DNA from: an uncultured bacterium
Lineage (GTDB): Bacteria; Macinerneyibacteriota; Macinerneyibacteria; Macinerneyibacteriales; DSCS01
Direction of reading: 5' to 3'
DNA: 64,000 nucleotides
Assembly (NCBI GenBank): GCA_964548195.1
Contig: CAZJQC010000001.1
Location: 88,346-152,345 of the forward strand
A program made the translations under genes and the position numbers. This document shows positions 9,704-19,536 of the stretch, piece by piece; positions within the stretch are counted from its first letter, which is position 1, and each line of letters opens with the position of its first letter. The notes under the pieces were generated by a model. That model did not search any database, was not told where the DNA came from, and worked only from the letters and a program-made list of their open reading frames with translations.

Positions 9704-11026
9704 TCATTTCAGCCCCACGGCATGATATTTGAACAATTTCCTTATATTAGTGTCATTTGAATAGATGTTTCTGAGATCGAACAAAAAACGGTCTTTCATC
9801 ATATCCCTGATCTTGTCTATGTTCATACCTCTGAACTGGTTCCATTCCGTCAATATTACCAGGGCATCGCTTCCGCTGGCAGCGGAATATTCATCCTTGC
9901 AATAATCAATGCTTTTTTCATATTCCTTCAGCCTCCATTGGGATTCTTTAAATCCCTGAGGGCAGAACACCCTTATTCTGGCTCCCTTTTTTATCAGTCC
10001 GGGTATTATTGTAAGCGAAGGAGCTTCTCTCATATCATCGGTATCTGGTTTAAATGTAAGTCCGAGTATGGAAATAGTCTTTCCTTCAAGGTCGCCCATA
10101 GCTTTCTCTATTTTTTCCACCATCTTTATTTTTTGTGTATTGTTGGCTTCTATAGCGGCATTTACCACTTTTAAATCCACGCCGTTTTTTCTGCCTATGT
10201 CATACAGCGCTTTTGTGTCTTTTGGAAAACAGCTTCCGCCGTAACCGGGCCCGGCATGGAGAAACTTGGGGGATATCCTGCCGTCCATGCCCATGGCTCC
10301 GGCTATATCCTGCACGTTTGCCCCTACTTTTTCTGCAAGAAGGGACATCTCGTTAATAAAACTTATCTTGACGGCAAGAAAGGCGTTTGACGCGTATTTT
10401 GTCATCTCCGCCGTCTCTATGTCCGTAAAGACAAAAGGCGTCTTGTTTATATAAAGGACTCTGTACACTTCTTTCATAATATCCGCGGCTTTTTTTGTCT
10501 CCGAGCCAAGCACCACCCTGTCGGGATGGGTAAAATCATGTATGGCTTTTCCCTCTCTCAGGAATTCGGGGTTTGATACCACGTCAAACTCAAAATCCTC
10601 ATTCCTTTTCTTTATCTCTTCCCTGATCTTTTTCATTACTTTACGCCCGGTTCCCACGGGCACAGTGGATTTGTCCACTATCACTTTATAGCCGTTTATA
10701 TAACGGCCGATGCTTTCCGCCACCTGCATCACATATTTCAGGTCGGCTGAACCGTCATCCTGCGGCGGGGTACCCACCGCTATGAATATTACGTCGCTCT
10801 CTTCGACGGTCTTTTTCATATCACTGGTTATCTGCAGCCTTTTATAATAGATGTTCCGCTCCACAAGCTCTTCGAGCCCCGGCTCATATATGGGCACACC
10901 TCCGTTATTAAGAAGGTCCACCTTGTTTTCATCCACATCCATGCATATGACTTCCGTTCCGAAATCGGCAAGACACACGCCTGTAACCAGTCCCACATAA
11001 CCGGTACCCACCACGCCTATTTTCAT
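9704..11026 (-). CDS. ugd: UDP-glucose 6-dehydrogenase
   Basis: MKIGVVGTGYVGLVTGVCLA, GGSCFPKDTKAL catalytic Cys, 440 aa. Confidence 0.88.
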   Translation of the reverse strand: MKIGVVGTGYVGLVTGVCLADFGTEVICMDVDENKVDLLNNGGVPIYEPGLEELVERNIYYKRLQITSDMKKTVEESDVIFIAVGTPPQDDGSADLKYVMQVAESIGRYINGYKVIVDKSTVPVGTGRKVMKKIREEIKKRNEDFEFDVVSNPEFLREGKAIHDFTHPDRVVLGSETKKAADIMKEVYRVLYINKTPFVFTDIETAEMTKYASNAFLAVKISFINEMSLLAEKVGANVQDIAGAMGMDGRISPKFLHAGPGYGGSCFPKDTKALYDIGRKNGVDLKVVNAAIEANNTQKIKMVEKIEKAMGDLEGKTISILGLTFKPDTDDMREAPSLTIIPGLIKKGARIRVFCPQGFKESQWRLKEYEKSIDYCKDEYSAASGSDALVILTEWNQFRGMNIDKIRDMMKDRFLFDLRNIYSNDTNIRKLFKYHAVGLK

Positions 11027-12060
11027 CTGTTCTCCTTATGGCAATCTTTTCCGTAATACCTTCCGCACCAGTCAACAAAGATCTCCAACCCTTTTTCTAT
11101 GGGAGTGCTGGGATCATAACCCAAAATATTTTTAGCCTTTGATATATCGGCGAAAGTCCTCTTGACGTCGCCAGGCTGTTCATCGGCCCATTTTACGACG
11201 GCTTTTACTCCGATGTTTTTTTCCAGCATCATGATCAGTTCGTCAAGCCTTACCGTCCTGCTTTCTCCGAGATTAAACACCTCGTATATGCCTTCTCCGC
11301 TGTTTACATGATCCATGGCTTTTACGGTGCCGTCTATTATATCGTCAATATAGGTGTAATCCCTCTCCATGCTGCCGTCCCCGAATGCCGTTATCCCGGA
11401 ACCTTCCATCATCAGCCTGGTAAACTTATGTATGGCAAGATCAGGGCGCTGCCCGGGGCCGTAAACGGTAAAGAACCTGAGCAGGGCCATATCGATTCCG
11501 TAAAGATGATGATATACATGGGACAACACTTCCACTGTCTTTTTTGTGGCGGCGTAAGGAGATATGGGCCTATCCACATTCATATCCTCCCTGAACGGAG
11601 CCTCTTTGCAGTTTCCGTACACAGACGAGGAGGAAGCGGTCACTATCTTACTTATTCCTTTTTTCACCATGTTTTCAAGTATATTTAATGTGCCGGTGAC
11701 ATTTACCTCGTTGTATAATAACGGTTGTTCTATGGAAGGCCGGACGCCGGCCATTGCGGCCATATGAAAAACTGCATCTATATGACGGGAAGCAAACATG
11801 TCATCCAATGACGCTTTGTCTCTTATATCGACATTGCATATGGTGTAACGGGGATTTTTATCCGCTATTTTTTTAAGCGACTCAATATCACAGACATCAT
11901 GTTGTACGCCCAAAGTCCTTTTAACGTTGTCGATCTTATATTCCAAGGGGTAAAAATCACAAAAATTATCAACATTTATCACGTTGTGGCCGTCTTTGAG
12001 AAGCCTTCCGCATAAATGCGAACCTATAAATCCCGAGCCGCCGGTAACACAAAAATCCAT
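11023..12060 (-). CDS. NAD-dependent epimerase/dehydratase, probably UDP-glucuronate 4-epimerase or related (short-chain dehydrogenase/reductase family)
   Basis: TGGSGFIGSHL Rossmann motif, YAATKK (YxxxK) catalytic motif, 4-bp overlap with ugd. Confidence 0.8.
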   Translation of the reverse strand: MDFCVTGGSGFIGSHLCGRLLKDGHNVINVDNFCDFYPLEYKIDNVKRTLGVQHDVCDIESLKKIADKNPRYTICNVDIRDKASLDDMFASRHIDAVFHMAAMAGVRPSIEQPLLYNEVNVTGTLNILENMVKKGISKIVTASSSSVYGNCKEAPFREDMNVDRPISPYAATKKTVEVLSHVYHHLYGIDMALLRFFTVYGPGQRPDLAIHKFTRLMMEGSGITAFGDGSMERDYTYIDDIIDGTVKAMDHVNSGEGIYEVFNLGESRTVRLDELIMMLEKNIGVKAVVKWADEQPGDVKRTFADISKAKNILGYDPSTPIEKGLEIFVDWCGRYYGKDCHKENR

Positions 12061-12213
12061 AATACACCTCCTATGCAGGATATTGAAAAATAAGCGCTAT
12101 GTCAACACAAATAGGAAAAAGGGAAATCGGTGAAATGCAAACTGAAAGCCGCTACTCATTATTATTTGACATATAAAAATAAGTGTTATAGCGGCGGTCT
12201 TGACTAAAAAAGA

Positions 12214-12296
12214 CGGAGAGGGTGGGATTCGAACCCACGGTGCCGGTAGGCACACACGAGTTCCAGTCGTGCCGATTCAACCACTCTCGCACCTCC
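12214..12296 (-). tRNA. tRNA-Ser (anticodon GGA)
   Basis: Anticodon stem CACGA/TCGTG with loop CUGGAAC, long variable arm, T-arm GTGGGTTCGAATCCCAC. One acceptor-stem mismatch as read by eye, so the ends are +/-1 nt. Confidence 0.75.
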
Positions 12297-12300
12297 CCAA

Positions 12301-12392
12301 CGGAGAGAGTGGGATTCGAACCCACGGAGGCGCCTTTTAGCGCCTCACACGATTAGCAATCGTGCGCCTTCAGCCTGCTCGGCCATCTCTCC
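12301..12392 (-). tRNA. tRNA-Ser (anticodon GCT)
   Basis: Perfect acceptor GGAGAGA/TCTCTCC, anticodon loop UUGCUAA, 21-nt variable arm, T-arm GTGGGTTCGAATCCCAC. Confidence 0.85.
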
Positions 12393-12402
12393 ATATCTGC
12401 AA

Positions 12403-12487
12403 CGGAGGAGGTAGGATTCGAACCCACGGTACCTTGCAGTACAACGGTTTTCAAGACCGCCGCTTTCGACCTCTCAGCCACTCCTCC
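12403..12487 (-). tRNA. tRNA-Ser (anticodon TGA)
   Basis: Acceptor GGAGGAG/CTCCTCC, anticodon loop CUUGAAA, variable arm, T-arm GTGGGTTCGAATCCTAC. Confidence 0.85.
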
Positions 12488-13024
12488 ATTGATGAAAAAT
12501 TATCAAACTAACGTCATAATGTCAAGATAAAAATCATATATGATCATTGATATGGGAATGTACTACTATTATTATATTAAAATAGCAGCAGTAGTAGTGT
12601 GTGTGAATATGTTAATAAGAATGTAAGGTGCTGATAAAAAGGACTTTTGGATACAATTGCGTGTGAAGAAGTGATGGTGTATAGATGTTTGCGTATGTGT
12701 GTAAAAAAATGGCGGAAAAAAGAAGGGCGGATGAAGCGGGTGTTGTGCACAAAATACAAACATTTGCAAATTTGAGTTTAAAATTATAATTGTGAATAAA
12801 GTGTGTTCAAGATGTAAAAATATAGGGGTGTAAATAGGTTTAAACGGCGTATCATGTTGCTGTGAGGTGAGATAGAGCGCGAAAAAACGGATTAAAAAAG
12901 CGTATGAAAATGTTAATAAGGATTACGACATATTATAAATTGTTGATATTTATGAAGATATTGAATGTAGAAAAAATGCTTGCGGTTCGGATTGCCGGGT
13001 ATATTATATTGAAGTGGTCAGGAT
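12488..13024. other. Candidate chromosomal replication origin (oriC): DnaA-box cluster plus AT-rich unwinding region upstream of dnaA
   Basis: TGTGAATAA at 12791-12799 is a perfect reverse-complement DnaA box (TTATTCACA). One-mismatch boxes at 12602, 12610, 12662, 12743 (palindromic TTGTGCACAA), 12911 and 13026, all in the same orientation. AT-rich stretches at 12520-12600 and 12920-13000. The plus strand is almost C-free over 12540-12800. Confidence 0.7.
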
Positions 13025-13051
13025 GTGTTAATAAACAGAACAAAGGACGAG

Positions 13052-14377
13052 ATGGTGGATATTAGAACATACATAATGGACAGGCTTGCCAGCAAGATGG
13101 ACCGGAGCAATCTGGAAAATCTGTTTGAGACGGTGAGTATTGTAAAAAAAGGCAACAATATCGCTTTTGAGTCCTATGACGAGATCTTTCTTCACAGAAT
13201 AAAAATACTGTTTCAGGAAGACATCGGCCTTATGCTCAGGGAAGGCATAGGCGGCGATGTGTCAGTGGAATTCAAGACCATCGACCGCGTTTCTTCGGAG
13301 GCGGTGGTCCGGGACGGCATCCGTTGTGAGCCGGGCCGGGTGGCGAGCAATTTTGACGAGGATTTTAATTTTTCGAACTTTATCATAGGCAGGTCAAATG
13401 AGATGGCCTATTCCGCGGCGATGGCAGTGGCCCAGAGTTATTCAAAATCCATATACAACCCTCTGTTCATATACGGGGAATCCGGATTGGGCAAGACGCA
13501 TCTGATGCAGGCCATAGGCAATAAGATAAGGCAATATGAGCGTAACGCCACTTGTTTTTACGTAACGGCGGACAAGTTCAGAAACGAGCTGATCGAGGCT
13601 ATAAAAAACAGGTCCACCGATTCCTTCCGCGAAAAATACAGAAAAGTGGATGTGCTGCTTATAGACGACATACATGTCATTGAAAAATCGGAGTCTGTTC
13701 AGGAAGAGTTTTTCCATACATTCAACGATCTTTACAAGCTTAAAAACCAGATCGTCATCACAAGCGACCGGCCGCCTGCGGAAATCAACATTGAAAAAAG
13801 GCTTATCACGAGGTTTGAATGGGGCCTTGTGACGGATATAAAAAAGCCGGAGCTGGAGACCCGTGTGGCTATTTTAAAGAAAAAAGCCGAAAACATGGGT
13901 GTCGACATCTCTCCGGAACTGATGTTTTACATAGGGGAAAACGTCACAAGCAATGTAAGGAAACTTGAGGGTTGTCTGCGCAGAATAACCTTTTATAACA
14001 AAATATCCGGCAAAGGGGGGACGCTTAACAGAAGCGATGTCACCAATCTTTTGTCGGAGTTTTTCGACAACAACCTCAAGGACCTTACCGCAGAAAACAT
14101 AAAAAAACAGGTGGCGGCTTATTTTAACATCACAGTCAAGATGCTTGAAAGCAAAAGAAGGAACAAGGAAATAGTGCATCCCCGGTTCATTGCGATGTTC
14201 CTCTGCAGAAAATACACGGGAGAGACCCTTCAGGGCATAGGGCGTTCCTTCGGCGGGCGGGACCATGCGGCCGTAATAAACGCATGCAATAAGATAGAGG
14301 CCCGTATCAATGAGGATATTGTATTCAGAAACGAAATAGACAAAGTGGTCAGTTTTTTAAATAACGGGGGGTATTGA
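13052..14377 (+). CDS. dnaA: Chromosomal replication initiator protein DnaA
   Basis: Walker A GESGLGKTHLMQAIGN, DVLLIDDIHVI, ITSDRPP, C-terminal DNA-binding HPRFIAMFLCRKYTGETLQGIG. Start chosen at ATG 13052 (AGGA 5 nt upstream); the ORF track's GTG at 13025 is an alternative. Confidence 0.9.
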   Translation: MVDIRTYIMDRLASKMDRSNLENLFETVSIVKKGNNIAFESYDEIFLHRIKILFQEDIGLMLREGIGGDVSVEFKTIDRVSSEAVVRDGIRCEPGRVASNFDEDFNFSNFIIGRSNEMAYSAAMAVAQSYSKSIYNPLFIYGESGLGKTHLMQAIGNKIRQYERNATCFYVTADKFRNELIEAIKNRSTDSFREKYRKVDVLLIDDIHVIEKSESVQEEFFHTFNDLYKLKNQIVITSDRPPAEINIEKRLITRFEWGLVTDIKKPELETRVAILKKKAENMGVDISPELMFYIGENVTSNVRKLEGCLRRITFYNKISGKGGTLNRSDVTNLLSEFFDNNLKDLTAENIKKQVAAYFNITVKMLESKRRNKEIVHPRFIAMFLCRKYTGETLQGIGRSFGGRDHAAVINACNKIEARINEDIVFRNEIDKVVSFLNNGGY

Positions 14378-14379
14378 AT

Positions 14380-15483
14380 ATGAAATTCACATTAAAAAAA
14401 AGTGAGATATTAAAACCGCTTAACAAAGTGAGAAACATAATTAACATCAAATCGATGAAACCGGTGCTGCAGAACATGCTCGTGGACCTTAAAGACGGCG
14501 TTATGGTCATAGAGGGCTCGGACCTTGAGGTCGGCATAAGGTATAAGATCGATATCTCCGGCATAGAGGATGAGGGGCGTACGACGTTTCCCGCGGAAAA
14601 ACTTGTGAAGATCGTGACGGAGGCCCCGGACGAGAACATTGCCGTGCTCGTGGAGGACGACAAGGCTTATATAGCATCCGGCAGCGCAAAATTCGAACTT
14701 TCTGTGCTGTCTGCGGACGATTATCCCGAATTTCCGGAGTTTGAGAGTTCCGGGAAGCTTACGGTGTCATTCAAAAAGTTAAAAGAGATGATAAACAGGA
14801 CGATCATAGGGACCGCCATGGACAGCGCGAGGTATGTTTTCAGGGGCATATTGTTCGAGTATGAGGACGGCGTGTTCAACCTCGTGGCCACCGATTCACA
14901 TATACTCGCCAAGGCTTCCGCGGCGCCGGGAGACTGTTCCATACAGGAACCCATGAAAGTCGTGGTCCCCCGAAAAGTACTTGAAGAGCTCCTGAAGTTT
15001 GATTATGAGGGCAACATCGACATCTCCTTCAACAATCAAAATATAAGATTTGACTTTGATGATGTCGTCCTTGTATCAAGGCTGATCGACGCCAAATACC
15101 CCAAATACGACAAGGTGATACCCACCATAAACAACAAGGAAGCGTTTGTTCCGAGAGGCGAACTGCTTGATTCCTTTAAAAGAGTATCCGTGTTTATCAA
15201 CAGGGAATCCGGCCGTTCCTCGCTTGCCTTCACGGCGAACAAACTCAGGGTCACCGCGCGTTTGTCGGACATAGGTACGGCAGAAGATGTGATTCCCGTG
15301 GAATATGACGGCGAGGAGCTTCGCATTGATTTTAACTACAAGTATTTAAAGGACATACTCGGCACCCTTGAGGATGACAAAATATCATTCGGGATGTACA
15401 ACAATGAGAGCGCCGTGATAGTCAGGCCTCAGGGCGGCGGGGATTATATATGGGTGGTAATGCCTTTGGTGATGCTTGACTGA
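14380..15483 (+). CDS. dnaN: DNA polymerase III beta sliding clamp
   Basis: 369-aa three-domain clamp. Position immediately after dnaA, with the stop overlapping. GGGGGG RBS 9 nt before the ATG. Confidence 0.88.
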   Translation: MKFTLKKSEILKPLNKVRNIINIKSMKPVLQNMLVDLKDGVMVIEGSDLEVGIRYKIDISGIEDEGRTTFPAEKLVKIVTEAPDENIAVLVEDDKAYIASGSAKFELSVLSADDYPEFPEFESSGKLTVSFKKLKEMINRTIIGTAMDSARYVFRGILFEYEDGVFNLVATDSHILAKASAAPGDCSIQEPMKVVVPRKVLEELLKFDYEGNIDISFNNQNIRFDFDDVVLVSRLIDAKYPKYDKVIPTINNKEAFVPRGELLDSFKRVSVFINRESGRSSLAFTANKLRVTARLSDIGTAEDVIPVEYDGEELRIDFNYKYLKDILGTLEDDKISFGMYNNESAVIVRPQGGGDYIWVVMPLVMLD

Positions 15484-15498
15484 AATGCGGGCCGCGGT

Positions 15499-16545
15499 AT
15501 GTCAGTCAAGTCTCTGAGTATTCTAAATTTCAGGAATATCGGGGAACTGACCTTATCGCCTTCGGAAGAATTTAATTTTTTGATAGGCCCCAACGGGTCG
15601 GGCAAGAGCAATCTGCTTGAGTCCATTTATCTGTTTTTCAACGGGCGCAGTTTCAGAAAGGCCCGTTTTCAGGATATGTTGAACCACGGATCCCCGTTTT
15701 TCCGTCTTTCCGCGGCCATGGGCGACGCGCCGGCCCGGAGGTTTATCTATTATGAATGTGACGGGCGGCCCAAATACGGTTATGAGGGCGCGGAATCTTC
15801 AAGGGGAGAGTTTTTCGGGGATTTTCACCCGTTTGTGCTCAGCAGAGAGATCTTCAACCTGTTTTATTACGGAAGCGCCGACACCAGACGCTTTTTTGAC
15901 GGTTATGCCGGCATGTTTGACCCTTCTTACAGAAGGGATCTGGCCCGGTTCAACCGGGTGCTGCGGGAGCGCAATGCGTTGCTGAAGACGGAATTCCCCG
16001 ATCCGGAGGAGCTGAAGATATGGGATCAGTATTTTTCCAGGTACGCGGCCCTTGTAGAAAAGGGCAGGCGCGGGTTCTGTGCGATGATAAACGACGGGCT
16101 GAGCGGTATTTTTTCGGGGCTGTTCGCCGATATAAGGGATGCAACCATCGTGTATGAGCCGTCGCTTGACGGACGGGATCCGTCCGATTTTATAAGCGAG
16201 GACCTTCGCCGCAGGGCCACGACCCGCGGCCCCCACCGGGATAACTACCGTCTGGTGACTGGGGGCAGGGATATGTGCGCGCACGCTTCGCAGGGACAGA
16301 TGAAAAGTTTTGTGATCTCTTTCCTGCTCGGCGTGGCGGACCTGCTTGAAGCGCAGCGGGATGCCGAGGCGGTGATACTTCTTGATGATATTTTTGAGGA
16401 ACTGGACCCGGGAAGAAAGGATGCCGTTTATGAACGGATACGGGGATCCGGCAGGCAGGTGTTTTTGACAATGGCGGAAGACGCTTTTTCCGCCGGGTCC
16501 GGAGACGCCGTCTTCCGGGTCGAGGGCGGGGCCGTGCATGGCTGA
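15499..16545 (+). CDS. recF: DNA replication and repair protein RecF
   Basis: LSILNFRNIGELTLSPSEEFNFLIGPNGSGKSNLLESI Walker A and conserved dnaA-dnaN-recF synteny. Confidence 0.9.
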   Translation: MSVKSLSILNFRNIGELTLSPSEEFNFLIGPNGSGKSNLLESIYLFFNGRSFRKARFQDMLNHGSPFFRLSAAMGDAPARRFIYYECDGRPKYGYEGAESSRGEFFGDFHPFVLSREIFNLFYYGSADTRRFFDGYAGMFDPSYRRDLARFNRVLRERNALLKTEFPDPEELKIWDQYFSRYAALVEKGRRGFCAMINDGLSGIFSGLFADIRDATIVYEPSLDGRDPSDFISEDLRRRATTRGPHRDNYRLVTGGRDMCAHASQGQMKSFVISFLLGVADLLEAQRDAEAVILLDDIFEELDPGRKDAVYERIRGSGRQVFLTMAEDAFSAGSGDAVFRVEGGAVHG

Positions 16546-16807
16546 CCTGTCGCGTATATTAAAAGATATAATATCCCGCGACTTCAGCGCCGACATCGTC
16601 ATGGTAAGCGAGGTATGGGACAAATGCGTGGGCGTGGCTAACGCCGAAAAGGCCAGGCCGCTGTATCTGAAGGCGGGCAGGCTTACCGTCAGCTGCGACT
16701 CCTCTTCATGCCTGTTTGAGATGAGGCGCATAAAACACACTATCATCGACCGGCTGAATGATTATCTGGGAAACGGTAAAATAAAAGACATATATTTCAG
16801 GCAATAG
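16538..16807 (+). CDS. DUF721-family small protein commonly found downstream of recF
   Basis: 89 aa, overlaps recF stop. VWDKCVGVANAEKARPLYLKAGRLTVSCDSSSCLFEM resembles DUF721. Confidence 0.65.
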   Translation: MADLSRILKDIISRDFSADIVMVSEVWDKCVGVANAEKARPLYLKAGRLTVSCDSSSCLFEMRRIKHTIIDRLNDYLGNGKIKDIYFRQ

Positions 16808-16815
16808 GAGGAGAT

Positions 16816-17508
16816 ATGGAAAAGATCCTCATAATAGAAGACGAAGAGAAGATCGCTTCTCTCATAAAGGCGTATTGCGAGAGGGCCGGTTTTCTGACCA
16901 AAACGGCGCTTGACGGCAGAGAGGGCGTAAGGCAGTTTGAGATGTTCGAACCGGACCTTGTGGTGCTCGACAGGATGCTGCCGGGCAAAAGCGGGGAAGA
17001 GGTGTTTGCCTGGATAAAAAAAAGGCGGGCGGTGCCGGTAATAATGGTCACGGCCAGGGACAGGGAGACAGACATACTTGAGGGGTACCGGATGGGCACG
17101 GACGATTATGTCACGAAGCCGTTCAGCCCGAACGTGCTTATGGCCAAGATCACGGCTATCATGCGCAGGACCACTGCCCCGAGGTTTCGGGAAAAGCTTT
17201 TTTTCCGGGACATAGAGATACATCCGGAATCCGGGTCCGCGCTGGTCTCCGGAGAGGAGCGCAACCTTTCGCATCATGAATTTGAGATACTGTATCTGCT
17301 TGCGGCAAATCCCGGAAGGGTCTTTTCCCGGGAGATGATAGTGGATTCCGCCTTTGGCGGGGATTATGAGTCGTACGAGAGGACCATAGACTCACATATA
17401 AAGAACCTTCGAAAAAAGATAGAGAGAGACACAAAAAAACCGGAATATATACACACGGTATACGGCATGGGTTATAAATTCGAGGAAAAGTACGATGAGA
17501 AGCCTTAA
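16816..17508 (+). CDS. OmpR-family two-component response regulator
   Basis: Receiver ILIIEDEE...LVVLDRMLPGKSGEE...VIMVTAR plus winged-helix C-terminus YIHTVYGMGYKF. Confidence 0.9.
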   Translation: MEKILIIEDEEKIASLIKAYCERAGFLTKTALDGREGVRQFEMFEPDLVVLDRMLPGKSGEEVFAWIKKRRAVPVIMVTARDRETDILEGYRMGTDDYVTKPFSPNVLMAKITAIMRRTTAPRFREKLFFRDIEIHPESGSALVSGEERNLSHHEFEILYLLAANPGRVFSREMIVDSAFGGDYESYERTIDSHIKNLRKKIERDTKKPEYIHTVYGMGYKFEEKYDEKP

Positions 17509-18787
17509 GGCCGAGATATTTTATTATTTTGTAATGCCGGCTGTCCTGGTGTTTCTGATCTTTTATTTTTCAATCATGGCTTTTTTTAATTTTAAATTCA
17601 AGCAGAATGTGATCGCCCGCGCCAGAAAAGAGCTGCCTGAGATCGTCTCGTATATTGCGGATCATTATGAGGAGCCTGCCGATGATGGCGGCAGTCCGCG
17701 GGGAAACGGGCCGCGGAGGATGCCGAATCTGCCGTTCGGGTATGTGATAAAGGACGCTTCCGGCCGCGTGATAGCTCAGAAACCGGCTGTGATAGACAAA
17801 AAACGTTTTATCCGGCTGAATGAGGAGGCTGAATATGACGCAAAAAGGGATATATACATCGATGTGTATATAAGAGAAAACAGGATGTTTGACGAGCTGG
17901 AGAGTATGATGTCGCGGAGTTTCAGATTATTCATAACGCTTGACGTGCTGATGCTCACGATACTGTTTTTTTATGCCGCCGGAAAATTTTCAAAAAGGAT
18001 AATAAAGGCAAATAAAAAGAATGTGGACGAGCTGATACGTATCGCCAACGGAGACTACGAACATGAATATAAACCGCAGTTCACGGAATTTCTGCCCTTT
18101 AAGGAGGGGGTGGAAAACATGGCGACGCTGTTAAAGAACGAAGACAAGCGCAAAAACGATTTTGTCACCAATCTGTCCCATGACATGCGCACTCCAGTGA
18201 CCATAGTCCGGGGCATGCTGGAGGCGGTGCATGACGGAGTGATGAAAGACGACCGGAAGACATATGCGGATATTATGGAGGAAGTCCGCCGCATAGAGGA
18301 ACTGCTTGACAAAATAGGGGATTTCGGACGGCGCAGGGAATCGCCGGAAAAGGGATCCTTTCCCGGGGGCATAGTCGCGCATTTTCAAAAAAGATATGCC
18401 AGGCTCATGAAAATAGAAGCGGATATACCGGCCGGGTTTGAAATACCGCTGAGAGAGGATGAACTGCGCACGGTACTTGACAATCTTTTATCCAATGCAT
18501 ACAAATACAACCGCAACGAAGAAAAAAGATGCAGCGTGACCTGCAGCCTCGACGAGGGCAGGCGCGTCATAAAGGTGAGAGACAACGGCATCGGCATAGG
18601 CTGCAAGGAACTCCCGTTCATATTCGACAAGTTCTACCGCGGGGACTCGTCAAGAAGCGGCGGAAACGGATCGGGCGTGGGGCTTGCCATAACGAGGGAG
18701 ATCGTGATCGCGGCCGGCGGTTCCATCAACGCGGCTTCGGTGCCGGGGGAATACACTGAGTTCACAATAACATTCGGGGAGGTGTAG
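17495..18787 (+). CDS. Sensor histidine kinase (two TM helices, periplasmic loop, HisKA + HATPase_c)
   Basis: H-box [12 protein letters not shown]-box [10 protein letters not shown]-boxes DNGIGIG and [11 protein letters not shown]. 14-nt overlap with the regulator gene. Confidence 0.88.
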   Translation: MRSLKAEIFYYFVMPAVLVFLIFYFSIMAFFNFKFKQNVIARARKELPEIVSYIADHYEEPADDGGSPRGNGPRRMPNLPFGYVIKDASGRVIAQKPAVIDKKRFIRLNEEAEYDAKRDIYIDVYIRENRMFDELESMMSRSFRLFITLDVLMLTILFFYAAGKFSKRIIKANKKNVDELIRIANGDYEHEYKPQFTEFLPFKEGVENMATLLKNEDKRKNDFVTNLSHDMRTPVTIVRGMLEAVHDGVMKDDRKTYADIMEEVRRIEELLDKIGDFGRRRESPEKGSFPGGIVAHFQKRYARLMKIEADIPAGFEIPLREDELRTVLDNLLSNAYKYNRNEEKRCSVTCSLDEGRRVIKVRDNGIGIGCKELPFIFDKFYRGDSSRSGGNGSGVGLAITREIVIAAGGSINAASVPGEYTEFTITFGEV

Positions 18788-18788
18788 G

Positions 18789-19535
18789 ATGTCCGTTTCA
18801 AAGGAGGCGCGCCTGGGAAAAGATGTGGCCGTCGGGGAGTATTCGGTCGTAGAAAAAGACGTTGTCATCGGAGACGGCTGCGAGATCGGCAGCAACGCCG
18901 TGATACACTCCGGCACGGTGCTTGGCCGCGGCGTGCGCGTCGGGGACCATGCCGTTTTGGGAAAAATGCCGGCAAAGGCGCTGAACAGCGCCGTCACCCG
19001 TGAGGGCGTCCCCGAAGCGCTGAGCGTGGGGGACGGGAGCATCATAGGCGCCGGAGCGGTCCTCTATAGAGGGGCTGTCATCGGGGACGAAGTGTTTGCG
19101 GCGGATATGTGCTCTGTCCGGGAGCGTGTTTCAGTGGGCCGGCGTACGATAATCGGCAGAGGGGTGTGCGTCGAGAACGACTGCCGCATCGGGGATTTTG
19201 TGAAGTTGGAGACCAATGCATATATTGCGGCGTATACGGTCATTGAGGACAGGGCTTTTATCGCCCCCGGCGTGGTGACGTCAAATGACAATTACGCGGG
19301 GAGGACGGAAAAACGTTTCAGCTGTTTTGCCGGAGCCACCGTACGCCGCGGGGGGCGTATCGGGGCCGGCGCCGTATTATTGCCCGGAGTGACTGTGGGT
19401 GAGGACGCGCTTGTCGGAGCCGGGTCCGTGGTGACAAGGGATGTGCCGCCCGCGAAGATCGCATACGGAAACCCAGCAAGGGTGCGCGGAGACGTCCCTG
19501 CGGAACAGCTGCTTGAAAACCAGGGCTGGGAATAA
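18789..19535 (+). CDS. Hexapeptide-repeat (left-handed beta-helix) acyl/acetyltransferase
   Basis: Repeated [LIV]G-x4 hexapeptides: [33 protein letters not shown] etc. Specific substrate not assignable. Confidence 0.75.
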   Translation: MSVSKEARLGKDVAVGEYSVVEKDVVIGDGCEIGSNAVIHSGTVLGRGVRVGDHAVLGKMPAKALNSAVTREGVPEALSVGDGSIIGAGAVLYRGAVIGDEVFAADMCSVRERVSVGRRTIIGRGVCVENDCRIGDFVKLETNAYIAAYTVIEDRAFIAPGVVTSNDNYAGRTEKRFSCFAGATVRRGGRIGAGAVLLPGVTVGEDALVGAGSVVTRDVPPAKIAYGNPARVRGDVPAEQLLENQGWE

Positions 19536-19536
19536 T

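Noticed and set aside
8597-12060. Clear-cut low-GC island claim for GT4-ugd-epimerase
   Set aside because: By-eye counts show local GC from ~40% to 55% here, but dnaA/dnaN are also AT-rich while recF/HK are ~65-70%. Heterogeneity is too high to call an island without a computed profile, so it is kept only as a tentative note in finding 2
12572-12769. Two ~60-aa minus-strand ORFs in the dnaA upstream gap
   Set aside because: They lie in the C-depleted oriC region; translation is H/F/T-rich nonsense caused by base composition
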